Positions 55,443-64,000 are shown, numbered from the stretch's first letter. The stretch is DNA of 64,000 nt from an uncultured Rhodospirillaceae bacterium (GCA_964611435.1 CAZSXT010000014.1:27694-91693); one strand, 5' to 3'. A program made the numbers and translations. The notes: a model not told the origin generated them from the sequence alone.

Positions 55443-57146
55443 TCAGCTGTTAGCAATGGGCAGCTTGAACGTAAATGTTGTGCCTTTGCCGATTTCCGTT
55501 TCGAACCACAATTCACCCTTCAGCTCTTCGATGATCGTCTTGCTGATCGCCAACCCCAATCCGGTACCCTGTGTTTTTCTCGTATCGGAGCCATCCGCCT
55601 GTGAAAATTGATCGAAAATATGGGGTTGGAACTCTTCCGGAATACCGGCGCCAAAATCCTTCACGGACACAAACACATCCCGTTCATCCGGTACGATGCC
55701 GATGATGACATCGTCTCCCGGTTTGGAAAATTTCGCAGCATTCGACATCAGATTGTTCATCACTTGCAGCAGGCGGAATTCATCCGCATCGACATAAACC
55801 GCCTTGTCCGGCAAAGTATCGAGCACGAACTTCACATTATACTGGTCCGCGTACTCGTGATTGGATTCTACTGCATCTGCGGCAAAATCGGCTAAGTTCA
55901 CTCGCTTCAATTGGAGTTCAAGCATCCCGGCCTGGATTTTCTCGACATCCAATATGTCGTCTATGAGACGGCGCAGGCGAAGGCAATTCCGGTTTGCTAT
56001 ATCAACCATTTCCTGCACGGGCTTGTCCAAGGGGCCAAGGGCGCCGCCGGCCATCAGTCCCAGGGTCCCTTGAATGGACGTGATGGGTGTTCGAAGCTCA
56101 TGGCTCATATTGGCCAGAAACTGTGATTTGGCCTTGTTCGCGGCATCGGCCTCTTCCTTCGCGGCCTGCAACTTCAACTGGGTCGCTTTACGCATTCGAA
56201 TTTCACGGCCCAAGCGGCGATTCCAAAGTAAAATTAAAATTACAATCGCCAACGCGCCACCGCCGACTTGCAAGGCAACCCGGATAACTTTTTGGGGGAC
56301 CAGCGAAATTTCATACTGTGCTGCGATCCACTTGGCCCCGATAGCACTTTTTTCTTCAGGCGTGACCGCTGCAATACCTTTGTCTAGAATCGATGCCAAT
56401 AGAGGCAGGTCTCTTCTGGACGCCATATTTAAGAGGCTATATTCCTCTCCGCCCAAATTCACCTCGCCGGACAGAGCGAGGCCGGTCATCAAATGTTTAT
56501 CAATCAGATAATTGAAAACAGCTAACTCTCCCAGGGCGGCGTCTGCTTGTCTAAAGCTGACGGCCTTCATAGATTCCAGCGTGTCCTTCACAAGATGCAG
56601 TTTGATCTGCGGGAAATCGCGTTTGAGGATTTCCTCGTAGAAAAACCCCTTGGGCGCGGCGATTGTCTTGCCGTACAGTTGCTTCAGACTGCCGTAAAAG
56701 TTTTCCTGTCTGCTGATAATTGTGTTGGGATTGTCAGCGTAAGGCCTGGTGTAGAGGAGGTATTGCCGGCGCTTTGGCGTTTTGACGATGTTGAGCATGA
56801 CATCCAGTGTGCCCTCCTTCATCATCTCCAGAAATTCGTTCCAGGTCGGGCCGGTCACATATTCGACCTTGAGCCCGGTCTTCTCGGCCACCAGATCCAT
56901 AAACTCGATTGAGTAACCTGTCGGGATGCCGTTCTCGGTAAAATTAAAAGGCGGCCAGTCGGATTCGTTGTGAACGCGGATGACAGGGTTCTGCTGTATC
57001 CAAGCTTTTTCTTCCTCGGAAAGCGCGACGGTTTCTGCCGCCCAGACAAGGGGGGCAGATAGCGGTGAGATAGCCATGAAGGTGATTGCCGCGAAGGCGA
57101 TGCGCCAAATTCGAAGTGCAGCTTTAATTTTTGACATCCCGAACAT
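55443..57146 (-). CDS. Sensor histidine kinase with periplasmic tandem SBP_bac_3-type (amino-acid-binding-like) domains
   Basis: Two periplasmic-binding-protein type 3 halves, one TM helix, a coiled coil, H-box MSHELRTPITSI, and N/G boxes (NLMSNAAKFS, DFGAGIP, GTGLGLAISK). The start could be 57188, 57146 or 57137. There is no receiver domain. Confidence 0.85.
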   Translation of the reverse strand: MFGMSKIKAALRIWRIAFAAITFMAISPLSAPLVWAAETVALSEEEKAWIQQNPVIRVHNESDWPPFNFTENGIPTGYSIEFMDLVAEKTGLKVEYVTGPTWNEFLEMMKEGTLDVMLNIVKTPKRRQYLLYTRPYADNPNTIISRQENFYGSLKQLYGKTIAAPKGFFYEEILKRDFPQIKLHLVKDTLESMKAVSFRQADAALGELAVFNYLIDKHLMTGLALSGEVNLGGEEYSLLNMASRRDLPLLASILDKGIAAVTPEEKSAIGAKWIAAQYEISLVPQKVIRVALQVGGGALAIVILILLWNRRLGREIRMRKATQLKLQAAKEEADAANKAKSQFLANMSHELRTPITSIQGTLGLMAGGALGPLDKPVQEMVDIANRNCLRLRRLIDDILDVEKIQAGMLELQLKRVNLADFAADAVESNHEYADQYNVKFVLDTLPDKAVYVDADEFRLLQVMNNLMSNAAKFSKPGDDVIIGIVPDERDVFVSVKDFGAGIPEEFQPHIFDQFSQADGSDTRKTQGTGLGLAISKTIIEELKGELWFETEIGKGTTFTFKLPIANS

Positions 57147-57150
57147 AGAG

Positions 57151-57396
57151 CTATTCCGGTGGCAAAATTTCCTGTACGCAGACGTCATCGATCAGGTGTT
57201 CACGGCCTATATCGCTCAGATGGGCACGCTTCTGATCATTCGGCAGGTGAGCTCCAACCCCGTTGGTCATGGCGAGAACGACCGATTGGTCGCTCATGCC
57301 GAGCCAATAGGCCCGACGCACCAGTTTGTCGTCCTGGTCGCGGGCGAATGGGTCTTCTGGATTGGCGCCGAGATCGGGCTTGTAGAAATTACTCAT
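57151..57396 (-). CDS. Small hypothetical protein (81 aa)
   Basis: Third-position G/C-rich codon usage resembles that of neighbouring genes. Its stop is 4 nt before an in-frame kinase ATG, suggesting coupling. I recognise no family. Confidence 0.45.
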   Translation of the reverse strand: MSNFYKPDLGANPEDPFARDQDDKLVRRAYWLGMSDQSVVLAMTNGVGAHLPNDQKRAHLSDIGREHLIDDVCVQEILPPE

Positions 57397-57557
57397 GTGA
57401 GGGGACTATAGCCTATCAGATGTTATGCCGCCATTCTCAAGGTTTCACCCATTCGCCACGCCACACGCTCGCGTTGCCGGTTCGCGTTGTCAGGTGAAAT
57501 AGTTGTCGCTACATTTAAATGGCCCTTTAGAATGCAAATACAAGGAGAAAGTGGCGC

Positions 57558-59090
57558 TTGAGCGACCGTCCGAACATATTGCTGATTACATCCGACCAGC
57601 ATCGGTGGGATTGTTACGGCTTTGAAGGCCGTAAAGTCAGGACGCCTCATCTGGATCGGATGGCGGCCAACGGGACGCGCTTCAGCTCGGCCATTACACC
57701 GAATTTGGTGTGTCAACCGGCCCGCGCCTCCATTTTGACCGGACTCCTGCCGCTTAGTCATGGGGTCTACGATAATCACGTAAGTCTCGATCCGGCGATT
57801 GGTGAAACGGGGTGGGCCCGAACCCTGGCTGATCATGGATACGCCAGCGCCTTCATCGGCAAAGGGCATTTTGGCGGTGATCCGAACTGTACGCCCTATG
57901 GCGCACCGGAATCACGAGCCCAATCGGCCGACTTTCCCGAGGACTGGTCCGGGCCCTATATGGGATATGACCATGCCGAATTGATGATCCTGGGGCATTG
58001 GCATGATCTGCTGCCGTGTGAGAAACCGCCTCGGGGTCAGCATTTTGAACGCTGGTTTTGGGGGCATGGCGAAGAGGGGGAGGCATGGGATCTCTGGGCG
58101 CAGGATTTCGGTCCGGTCCAAGAAGGCGCACAGACTTGGTTTTCCAAACTGCCGGCCGCGTGGCACTCGACCACCTGGGTTACCGACCGGACGATTGACT
58201 ATCTTCGCCGGCATGATCAGAGCGATTCATTTTGTTTATGGGCTTCCTATCCCGATCCCCACCATCCATTTGACTGCCCCGAACCCTGGTCCCGGCTGCA
58301 TCATGAAGACGATGTAGATATTTCGCGCACCCATGAACGGGATTTGGATCGGCGTCCCTGGTGGCATCGGGCGTCTTTGGAAAACGTGCCGCAAGCCAAG
58401 CGCGAGAGGGAAAAAATCCTTCGTCAGGAATACTCCCGGATTTCACCGCAGACGGACAAACAGCTCCGACAGATGACGGCTAATTATTACGGGGAGATAT
58501 CCTTTATCGATGATGGGGTCGGGCGGATCATGGATGCTTTGAGCGAAACCGGTCTGGATGAAAATACGGTGGTGATTTTCACCTCCGATCACGGCGACCT
58601 GTTGGGGGATCACGGACTGTATCTCAAGGGACCAACACCGTACGAGGCGCTATTGCGGGTTGGCATGATCGTGCAGGGGCCGAACGTACCCGCCGGTAAG
58701 GTGGTGGCTGACCCGGTCTCGACCTTGGATCTGGCAGCCAGTTTCTACGATTGGGCCGGGGTTGAAAAACCGGCGGACATTCAAAGCGAGTCTCTCCGAT
58801 CTCTCATTGAAGAAAACACATCGCGCGACGTGGCTTATAGCGAATGGAATCAGCAGCCGAGCCGAACCGGCGTGGAGCTGAACCTTAGAACCGTGCGCAC
58901 CAAAGACGCCAAGTTGACGCTTGAACTTATCTCGGGGGCGGGTGAGATGTATGATCTCAAGAATGATCCCGACGAGATGGATAATCTGTTTGATGACGCC
59001 GGGTATGCGGCTTTGCAAAAGGAACTCACGGATATGATCCATGCCCGGCCAGGCAAGTTGATGGACGACTTACCGGCACACGAAGCTTAG
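57558..59090 (+). CDS. Sulfatase (Cys-type, C-Q-P-A-R), no signal peptide
   Basis: NILLITSDQHRWD, LVCQPARASILTG and FTSDHGD. TTG start 10 nt after AAGGAGA. Confidence 0.9.
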   Translation: MSDRPNILLITSDQHRWDCYGFEGRKVRTPHLDRMAANGTRFSSAITPNLVCQPARASILTGLLPLSHGVYDNHVSLDPAIGETGWARTLADHGYASAFIGKGHFGGDPNCTPYGAPESRAQSADFPEDWSGPYMGYDHAELMILGHWHDLLPCEKPPRGQHFERWFWGHGEEGEAWDLWAQDFGPVQEGAQTWFSKLPAAWHSTTWVTDRTIDYLRRHDQSDSFCLWASYPDPHHPFDCPEPWSRLHHEDDVDISRTHERDLDRRPWWHRASLENVPQAKREREKILRQEYSRISPQTDKQLRQMTANYYGEISFIDDGVGRIMDALSETGLDENTVVIFTSDHGDLLGDHGLYLKGPTPYEALLRVGMIVQGPNVPAGKVVADPVSTLDLAASFYDWAGVEKPADIQSESLRSLIEENTSRDVAYSEWNQQPSRTGVELNLRTVRTKDAKLTLELISGAGEMYDLKNDPDEMDNLFDDAGYAALQKELTDMIHARPGKLMDDLPAHEA

Positions 59091-59101
59091 AGACGACGGC
59101 G

Positions 59102-59587
59102 ATGAATAAAATACAGTCGGAAATGAACCCCGAGGACGATCTCGATATTCGAGGCCGTTTGGCATTCCAGATATCGACTTTGGGGAACGCGATTTCTCAA
59201 TGGGCGAGCCAGGCCTATCTCAGCAACTGCGGGGTCACCATGACCGAATGGCGGGTTTTGGTCGTGCTGGAAACCATTGGTCCGATGACAGCCCGCAAGA
59301 TTTGCGGTCTCAGCAAGATGGACAAGGGTAATGTCAGCCGGGCCGTTAAAAAACTGATCGCCGACAGACGGATCAGTGGAACGCCGGACGCGACAGACCG
59401 CCGGGCGGTCATTTTGAACCTGACCGCGAAAGGCCGGAAGAAGTATCTTGAGGTCCGGCGCTATTCCGACGAGCGAGAAAAGCGATTGAGCGCCGCTGTC
59501 GGAGAGGAAAATAGGGCAAATTTCGAAGAGGCGATTGAACGCCTGACGGCGGAAACTGAACGTATGTTGAAAGAATTACAGATCTAG
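59102..59587 (+). CDS. MarR-family transcriptional regulator
   Basis: Winged-HTH region MTEWRVLVVLETIGPMTARKICGLSKMDKGNVSRAVKKL...DRR. Confidence 0.9.
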   Translation: MNKIQSEMNPEDDLDIRGRLAFQISTLGNAISQWASQAYLSNCGVTMTEWRVLVVLETIGPMTARKICGLSKMDKGNVSRAVKKLIADRRISGTPDATDRRAVILNLTAKGRKKYLEVRRYSDEREKRLSAAVGEENRANFEEAIERLTAETERMLKELQI

Positions 59588-59612
59588 GGACCGGATCCCT
59601 GACACTAGAAAG

Positions 59613-59624
59613 GGCAAATTTGCC
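59613..59624. promoter_or_regulatory. Perfect 12-bp palindrome GGCAAATTTGCC between marR and tctC (candidate operator)
   Basis: Read directly from the sequence. It lies 26 nt after the marR stop and 96 nt before the tctC ATG. Confidence 0.35.
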
Positions 59625-59719
59625 GGGCAAGGATTCAGCCAGTTGCGAAACGAGTAGACTATGTTATGGTTGTATCAACAACTAAATTAAAACGCGTATT
59701 TTTACAGTGGAGGACGACA

Positions 59720-60700
59720 ATGAAGTTCACATCAATATCCAAAGGATTTGCGGTTGCGGCATTGGGCGGTTTGGTGTCGCTGGCGGCGGTTTCCGATCAG
59801 GCCCAAGCCGGCGGTCACGGCGGTTGGAGCCCGAAAGGCCCGATCAACCTGATGATCGCCTTTACGGCCGGCGGCGGGGCCGACACCCAGGCTCGTCTCA
59901 TCGCTTCTGAGATCGAGAAGAAAAAAGGTTGGAAGATTCTTCCGTCCAACGTCACCGGCAAGGGTGGTGTCACGCTGGCTCGCAAGATGAAAAGCGAACC
60001 CAATGACGGCCAGACTATCGGCATCGCCGTGACGGAGAGCTTCAACTATTCCATGGCGGCGACCAAGAATGCCGGTTACACCCTGAACGACTTTACCTTC
60101 ATCACCACGACCGCCGGTTCCCAAATGGGCGTGTACGGCAAGACCGACAAAGGCTGGAAGTCCTGGGATGACGTGGTAAAGGCGGCCAAAGGCGACAAGA
60201 CCATCAAGATCGGCGGCATGAGCCCGAAACACGCTGATCTGATTTATCTCTTGGGTCAGAAAGCTGGGGTGAAGTTTAACCCGGTGATCCTGCGGGGTGG
60301 TAAAGCGGTGCTCAATGCGGTGACCGCCGGCGACGTGGATGCCGGGTTCGGTGCGGGCATTCAGAACCGTGCGGTGAAGGCCGGTACGATGACCCATTAC
60401 CTCTCCGGCGAACTGACCCGTTTGAAAGCATCGCCGAACGTGCCGACGTTGAAGGAAATGGGTCTTCCCTATGATGGCGGCGCGAAGTTCCTCATTTTTG
60501 CACCGAAGGGCATTCCCGCGGATGCCCGCGTCTCCATCGCCGCCGCCGTGGCGGAAGCACTCAACACCAAAGGCACCAAGCTTTCCGCCTTTGTGAATAA
60601 GGCTTTCGGTGGACCGCAACTGATCACCGGCCCGGCGCTTGAGAAGCTTCTGAAAGATGGCCTGGAAAGCTCCAAGGCTTTGATGAAGGCTTCGGGCTGA
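59720..60700 (+). CDS. tctC: Tripartite tricarboxylate transporter substrate-binding protein (TctC/Bug family)
   Basis: Signal peptide ending AQAGG and Bug-family blocks (INLMIAFTAGGGADTQARL). The ATG at 59720 follows GGAGGA. Confidence 0.85.
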   Translation: MKFTSISKGFAVAALGGLVSLAAVSDQAQAGGHGGWSPKGPINLMIAFTAGGGADTQARLIASEIEKKKGWKILPSNVTGKGGVTLARKMKSEPNDGQTIGIAVTESFNYSMAATKNAGYTLNDFTFITTTAGSQMGVYGKTDKGWKSWDDVVKAAKGDKTIKIGGMSPKHADLIYLLGQKAGVKFNPVILRGGKAVLNAVTAGDVDAGFGAGIQNRAVKAGTMTHYLSGELTRLKASPNVPTLKEMGLPYDGGAKFLIFAPKGIPADARVSIAAAVAEALNTKGTKLSAFVNKAFGGPQLITGPALEKLLKDGLESSKALMKASG

Positions 60701-60707
60701 GTATTTC

Positions 60708-60734
60708 GGGTGGCGGTGTTATATGCCGCCACCC
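60708..60734 (+). promoter_or_regulatory. Intercistronic 9-bp perfect hairpin between tctC and tctB
   Basis: GGGTGGCGG-TGTTATATG-CCGCCACCC. No U-run follows. Confidence 0.6.
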
Positions 60735-60755
60735 ACTCTCCCTCAGGTTACAACG

Positions 60756-61325
60756 ATGCGGATCGACCGCTGGACAGTCGGGCTGGCCGGGTTCTTTGCA
60801 CTCCTGGCCGCCGTTATGCTGTTTGTGTGGATTCCCAATGATATAGAGACGGGTGTGGTCGAAGTTTACCGGCGGCAGGTAAATATCGGTGATTCCATGG
60901 CCCCCACCGTGGCGGCGGTGGCGCTTTTGGTCGTCTCGCTGCTGATGGGGGTGTTCAGCTTTTTCCGGCCGTTGGCCTCATCCGCTGCACCTCTGGATCA
61001 ACGCTCATTTTCATTTCTCGCCCGTATCGGCGGTGTGATCGTCCTGTCGCTCGTCATCATGACCTATGCTGGCCCGCTACTGGTTGCGGTTGTGAACCTG
61101 TTTGGCGATGTCGGCATCTACCGCCATTTGAAAGATGACTTACCGTACAAATATGCGGGGTTTGTGCTGGGTGGCTTAAGCATGGTGGCCGGCGTGATCA
61201 TGGTCGTCGAAAACAAGCTGAGCCGTCATTCTCTTTGGATCGCCGCCGCTGCCGTGCTGGCGCTGATTGTCATTTTTGATTTGCCGTTCGACGATATCCT
61301 GCTGCCGCCCAATGGTGACTATTGA
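60756..61325 (+). CDS. tctB: Tripartite tricarboxylate transporter small membrane protein (TctB family)
   Basis: About 4 TM helices, positioned between tctC and tctA. I prefer the ATG at 60756 (MRIDRW) because the track ATG at 60723 lies inside the hairpin. Confidence 0.75.
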   Translation: MRIDRWTVGLAGFFALLAAVMLFVWIPNDIETGVVEVYRRQVNIGDSMAPTVAAVALLVVSLLMGVFSFFRPLASSAAPLDQRSFSFLARIGGVIVLSLVIMTYAGPLLVAVVNLFGDVGIYRHLKDDLPYKYAGFVLGGLSMVAGVIMVVENKLSRHSLWIAAAAVLALIVIFDLPFDDILLPPNGDY

Positions 61326-62935
61326 TGGGCATTCTGGATCACATCTGGTTGGGGATTCTGGCGGTTTTCATGGCGGACCCCTTATTCAGCATTGGACCCA
61401 TGCCCATCTCCACCACCGTGGCGATGGTGGTGTTCGGATTCTTACTCGGTGTATTCGTCGGTGCCACGCCGGGTCTGGGCGGGCCATCGACCATGGCGAT
61501 TTCCCTACCCATTTTGATTTCCATCTTTGGGGTTGAGGCAGACGCGCTGCTGCCCGTGCTTGGTTTTTTGGTGGCCGTCATGAAAGGGGCCACCATCGGC
61601 GGCGCGGTGCCGGCGATCCTTTTCAATACACCCGGCACGCCGGATTCATTGATGACCACCCTGGATGGCTTTCCCATGACCCAAAAGGGTCAGGCGGGAA
61701 AGGCGCTTCGGGTGGCGCATTTTTCGTCGGTCAGCGGGGATACGTTCTCTGATTTTGTGTTGTTTACCACGGCGCCCTTCCTGGCCATCATCGTGGAACG
61801 CTATCTGGATTTTCCTGAAAAGGCGGCATTGATTATCTTGTCGCTGGCGTTCATTTCGGCGGTGGTCGGCGGCAATGTCTGGAAAGGGTTGGCGGCGGCC
61901 GCACTCGGCATGTTCTTCGCGTTTATTGGTACTGGGCTGGATGGCTATCCCAGACTGTCGATGAACCTGGATGCGCTGGGCAGTGGGCTCCCCTTGGTGA
62001 GCGTGATCCTCGGTATTCTCATTTTGGGGGCGATATTTGAGGGCCTAGAAGAAATGTGGCGGGAAATGCGGGAGACCGCCGCGATCGCCAATGTAGAAAT
62101 GTCGGGCGACAACAAGCTGCATTTCAGCGACATCAAGAAGATCGCGCCGTTCATGGGGCTCTCAGCCTTGATCGGCACCGGCATTGGCGCGCTGCCGGGC
62201 ATCGGCTCGACCCTGGCGGCGACACTCGGTTACGCGACGGGCCGGAAAATGCATAAAGGCGAGGTGCCTTTTGGCCAAGGCACGCCGGAAGGGGTCGCCG
62301 CGACAGAGGCGGCCAACTCTTCGGTCGCGGGCGCCAACCTGATTCCGGTTCTGTCCTTGGGCATACCCGGCAACGTGGCGGCTGTGTTCCTTATTCTGGC
62401 GATGGAATCCATCGGCGGGTTCAATCCGGGGCCACAGGTGTTCCGTTTGATCCCCGATCAGGTCAATCCTGAAATGGTCATCGCCTTCGGCCTGTTTACC
62501 GCCATGTTGTTCGCGAACGTTCTGAACTGGACCATTGGCGGCGTATTTATGCGGTCTATGGGGTTCGTCGTTAAAGTGCCCAAGCAGCTGCTTATGCCGG
62601 TGATTTTGCTGGTTACGTTGACCGCGATCTATTCTCAGCAACCGACTATGTTCGCGATCATTGTCACCTTGGTTTTCGGCTTGATCGGATATCTGATGCG
62701 TAAGTTCGACATTTCCGTTTTGCCGTTCGTGATCGCCTTTATCCTGGCCAACAACCTGGAAGCCTCGATGCGTCAGGCCTTTGCCGCAACCGGCAACGAT
62801 CCGTGGTTCCTGTTTGCCAGCCCTATCTCCATCGTCTTCATCGTACTGGCGATTTTGGTGATTGTGTTTTTCTCCCGAGGGCGCAAGCGTGACTCCGAAG
62901 ACAAACAAGATTTGAATAAAGGTATGGTCACATGA
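61322..62935 (+). CDS. tctA: Tripartite tricarboxylate transporter large permease (TctA family)
   Basis: 537 aa with about 12 TM segments and a TctA-like GIGALPGIGSTLAATLGY block. ATGA overlap with tctB. Confidence 0.9.
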   Translation: MMGILDHIWLGILAVFMADPLFSIGPMPISTTVAMVVFGFLLGVFVGATPGLGGPSTMAISLPILISIFGVEADALLPVLGFLVAVMKGATIGGAVPAILFNTPGTPDSLMTTLDGFPMTQKGQAGKALRVAHFSSVSGDTFSDFVLFTTAPFLAIIVERYLDFPEKAALIILSLAFISAVVGGNVWKGLAAAALGMFFAFIGTGLDGYPRLSMNLDALGSGLPLVSVILGILILGAIFEGLEEMWREMRETAAIANVEMSGDNKLHFSDIKKIAPFMGLSALIGTGIGALPGIGSTLAATLGYATGRKMHKGEVPFGQGTPEGVAATEAANSSVAGANLIPVLSLGIPGNVAAVFLILAMESIGGFNPGPQVFRLIPDQVNPEMVIAFGLFTAMLFANVLNWTIGGVFMRSMGFVVKVPKQLLMPVILLVTLTAIYSQQPTMFAIIVTLVFGLIGYLMRKFDISVLPFVIAFILANNLEASMRQAFAATGNDPWFLFASPISIVFIVLAILVIVFFSRGRKRDSEDKQDLNKGMVT

Positions 62936-64000
62936 AGCCCATGAACCTCCTCTACATTATGTCGGATGAGTTTAACTACCGGATGATGGGTTGCTATGGC
63001 CATGGCCAAGTCAAAACACCGCATCTGGACCGGCTGGCGGAGCGGGGGACGCGCTTCAGTGCCGCATATACAAATTCTGCAATTTGCATTCCGGCCCGCG
63101 CGGCTTTTGCCACAGGCCGCTATACCCACGAGACCCGTTATTGGGACAACGCGCTTCCTTATGACGGAGAGATTAAAGGATGGGGGCACCGGTTGCAGGA
63201 TGAAGACCTGCCGGTCGAATCCATCGGCAAGCTTCACTACAAGAACGAAGAACTCAACACGGGCTTTTCCCGGCAACATCACCCCATGCACGTTATGGCG
63301 GGGATTGGTCAGGTCTGGGGATCGGTACGTGACCCGCTGCCGCCTCACCGGGAAGGCCAAATGCTGAAAGACATTGGTCCGGGCGAGTCCAACTATAACC
63401 GTTATGACCGGCTGATTGCCGATGAGACAAAACAGTGGCTGATGGACGCGGCAAAGGCTGGCGACGATAAGCCCTGGGTTCTGTATTCGAGTTTCGTGGC
63501 CCCGCATTTTCCTCTCGTCGTGCCGGAGGAATATTACAATCTCTACCCGCTGGAGAACTTGCCGCCCCGCAAACTCGATCCGGACGACGGCTATCAACGG
63601 CACCCTTGGATTCAGCGGCAGTTTGATTTCCATTCCGTGGATGCCGGTTTGACGTCTGAGCGGCGCAAGATGGCGGTCGCCGCCTATTTTGGTCTTTGCA
63701 CCTATGTGGATGCGCTCATCGGTGAGGTTCTGAATACGTTGGAGGAGACCGGTCTCAGCGAAACCACCCGGATCGTCTTCACCAGCGACCACGGTGACAA
63801 TGTGGGCGCCAGGGGCATGTGGGGAAAATCCAACCTTTATGAAGAAGCCGCCGGCATCCCGCTGATCCTGGCCGGACCAGACGTTCCCGTAGGCGAGGTC
63901 TGCAACACGCCTGTGAGCCTGCTGGACACGTATCAGACTGTGTTGGAGTGCGTTGATCTCCCGGAGACCGACGAGGAGCAAGAGCTACACGGTAAATCCT
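62932..64000 (+). CDS. Sulfatase (Cys-type, C-I-P-A-R), no signal peptide, 3-prime end beyond window (absent from ORF track)
   Basis: My hand translation from the ATG at 62932 (ATGA overlap with tctA) is open to the window end. It reads MKPMNLLYIMSDEFNYRMMGCYGH...NSAICIPARAAFATGRY...VFTSDHGDNVGARGMWGKSNLYEE. Confidence 0.85.
   Translation, partial: MKPMNLLYIMSDEFNYRMMGCYGHGQVKTPHLDRLAERGTRFSAAYTNSAICIPARAAFATGRYTHETRYWDNALPYDGEIKGWGHRLQDEDLPVESIGKLHYKNEELNTGFSRQHHPMHVMAGIGQVWGSVRDPLPPHREGQMLKDIGPGESNYNRYDRLIADETKQWLMDAAKAGDDKPWVLYSSFVAPHFPLVVPEEYYNLYPLENLPPRKLDPDDGYQRHPWIQRQFDFHSVDAGLTSERRKMAVAAYFGLCTYVDALIGEVLNTLEETGLSETTRIVFTSDHGDNVGARGMWGKSNLYEEAAGIPLILAGPDVPVGEVCNTPVSLLDTYQTVLECVDLPETDEEQELHGKS

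Noticed and set aside
62773-63981. 402-aa minus-strand ORF in the track at the right edge
   Set aside because: It is antisense to an open plus-strand frame starting at 62932 that reads as a textbook sulfatase (SDEF..., CIPAR, TSDHGD). The track omits that gene because it has no stop inside the window. The minus-strand product is Arg/Gly/His-rich with no recognisable features, as is typical of shadow ORFs in GC-rich DNA.
1-64000. Search for CRISPR arrays, IS elements, integrases, phage genes, toxin-antitoxin or known defence systems
   Set aside because: I saw no direct-repeat/spacer periodicity, terminal inverted repeats, DDE or tyrosine-recombinase motifs, or nuclease/ATPase defence architectures in any frame. 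The window looks like stable chromosomal metabolic and accessory DNA.

Overview
This is a 64-kb, densely coding chromosomal segment. It is GC-rich by eye. Gene content points to a marine alphaproteobacterium: DctPQM-type TRAP, TAXI-TRAP and TTT transporters, CtaA, DUF1244 and a FixJ-type two-component system. I support about 52 protein-coding genes plus a few terminators and hairpins. I found no rRNA, tRNA, CRISPR array, integrase, transposase or phage genes.

Gene order from left to right:
- dctPQM-like TRAP genes, then ABM and BON proteins and a sensor kinase/FixJ-type regulator pair.
- ubiX, a cytoplasmic sulfatase, gentisate 1,2-dioxygenase and an MFS transporter.
- A 1,396-aa membrane-anchored repeat protein.
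- A flavin monooxygenase, a PhtD-like decarboxylase, two class II aldolases and aroE.
- A translationally coupled cassette of TPR-GT9, a small GT-A-like protein and TPR-GT41, convergent with a NodU/CmcH carbamoyltransferase.
- ctaA, an MCP with an E/R/K-rich insertion, and housekeeping-type enzymes.
- selA-selB behind a structured 279-bp leader.
- An operon of hotdog thioesterase, Mo-bisPGD oxidoreductase and a fused FeS-NrfD subunit.
- An SxtI/J/K-like carbamoyltransferase module headed by an orphan 429-aa protein.
- A transporter/sulfatase island with TAXI-TRAP, GST, an SBP-fused kinase, MarR, tctCBA and two more leaderless sulfatases.

Most worth follow-up:
- the giant Pro/Cys-free repeat protein
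- the TPR-glycosyltransferase/carbamoyltransferase cassette
- the cytoplasm-facing Mo enzyme with fused FeS-NrfD subunit and thioesterase
- the SxtIJK-like module with its orphan partner
- selAB with no visible selenoprotein or tRNA-Sec
- the three leaderless sulfatases, one of which has a non-canonical C-G-G-S-R motif

All functional calls come from my reading of the translated ORFs: motifs, architecture and remembered family signatures. No database search was run.
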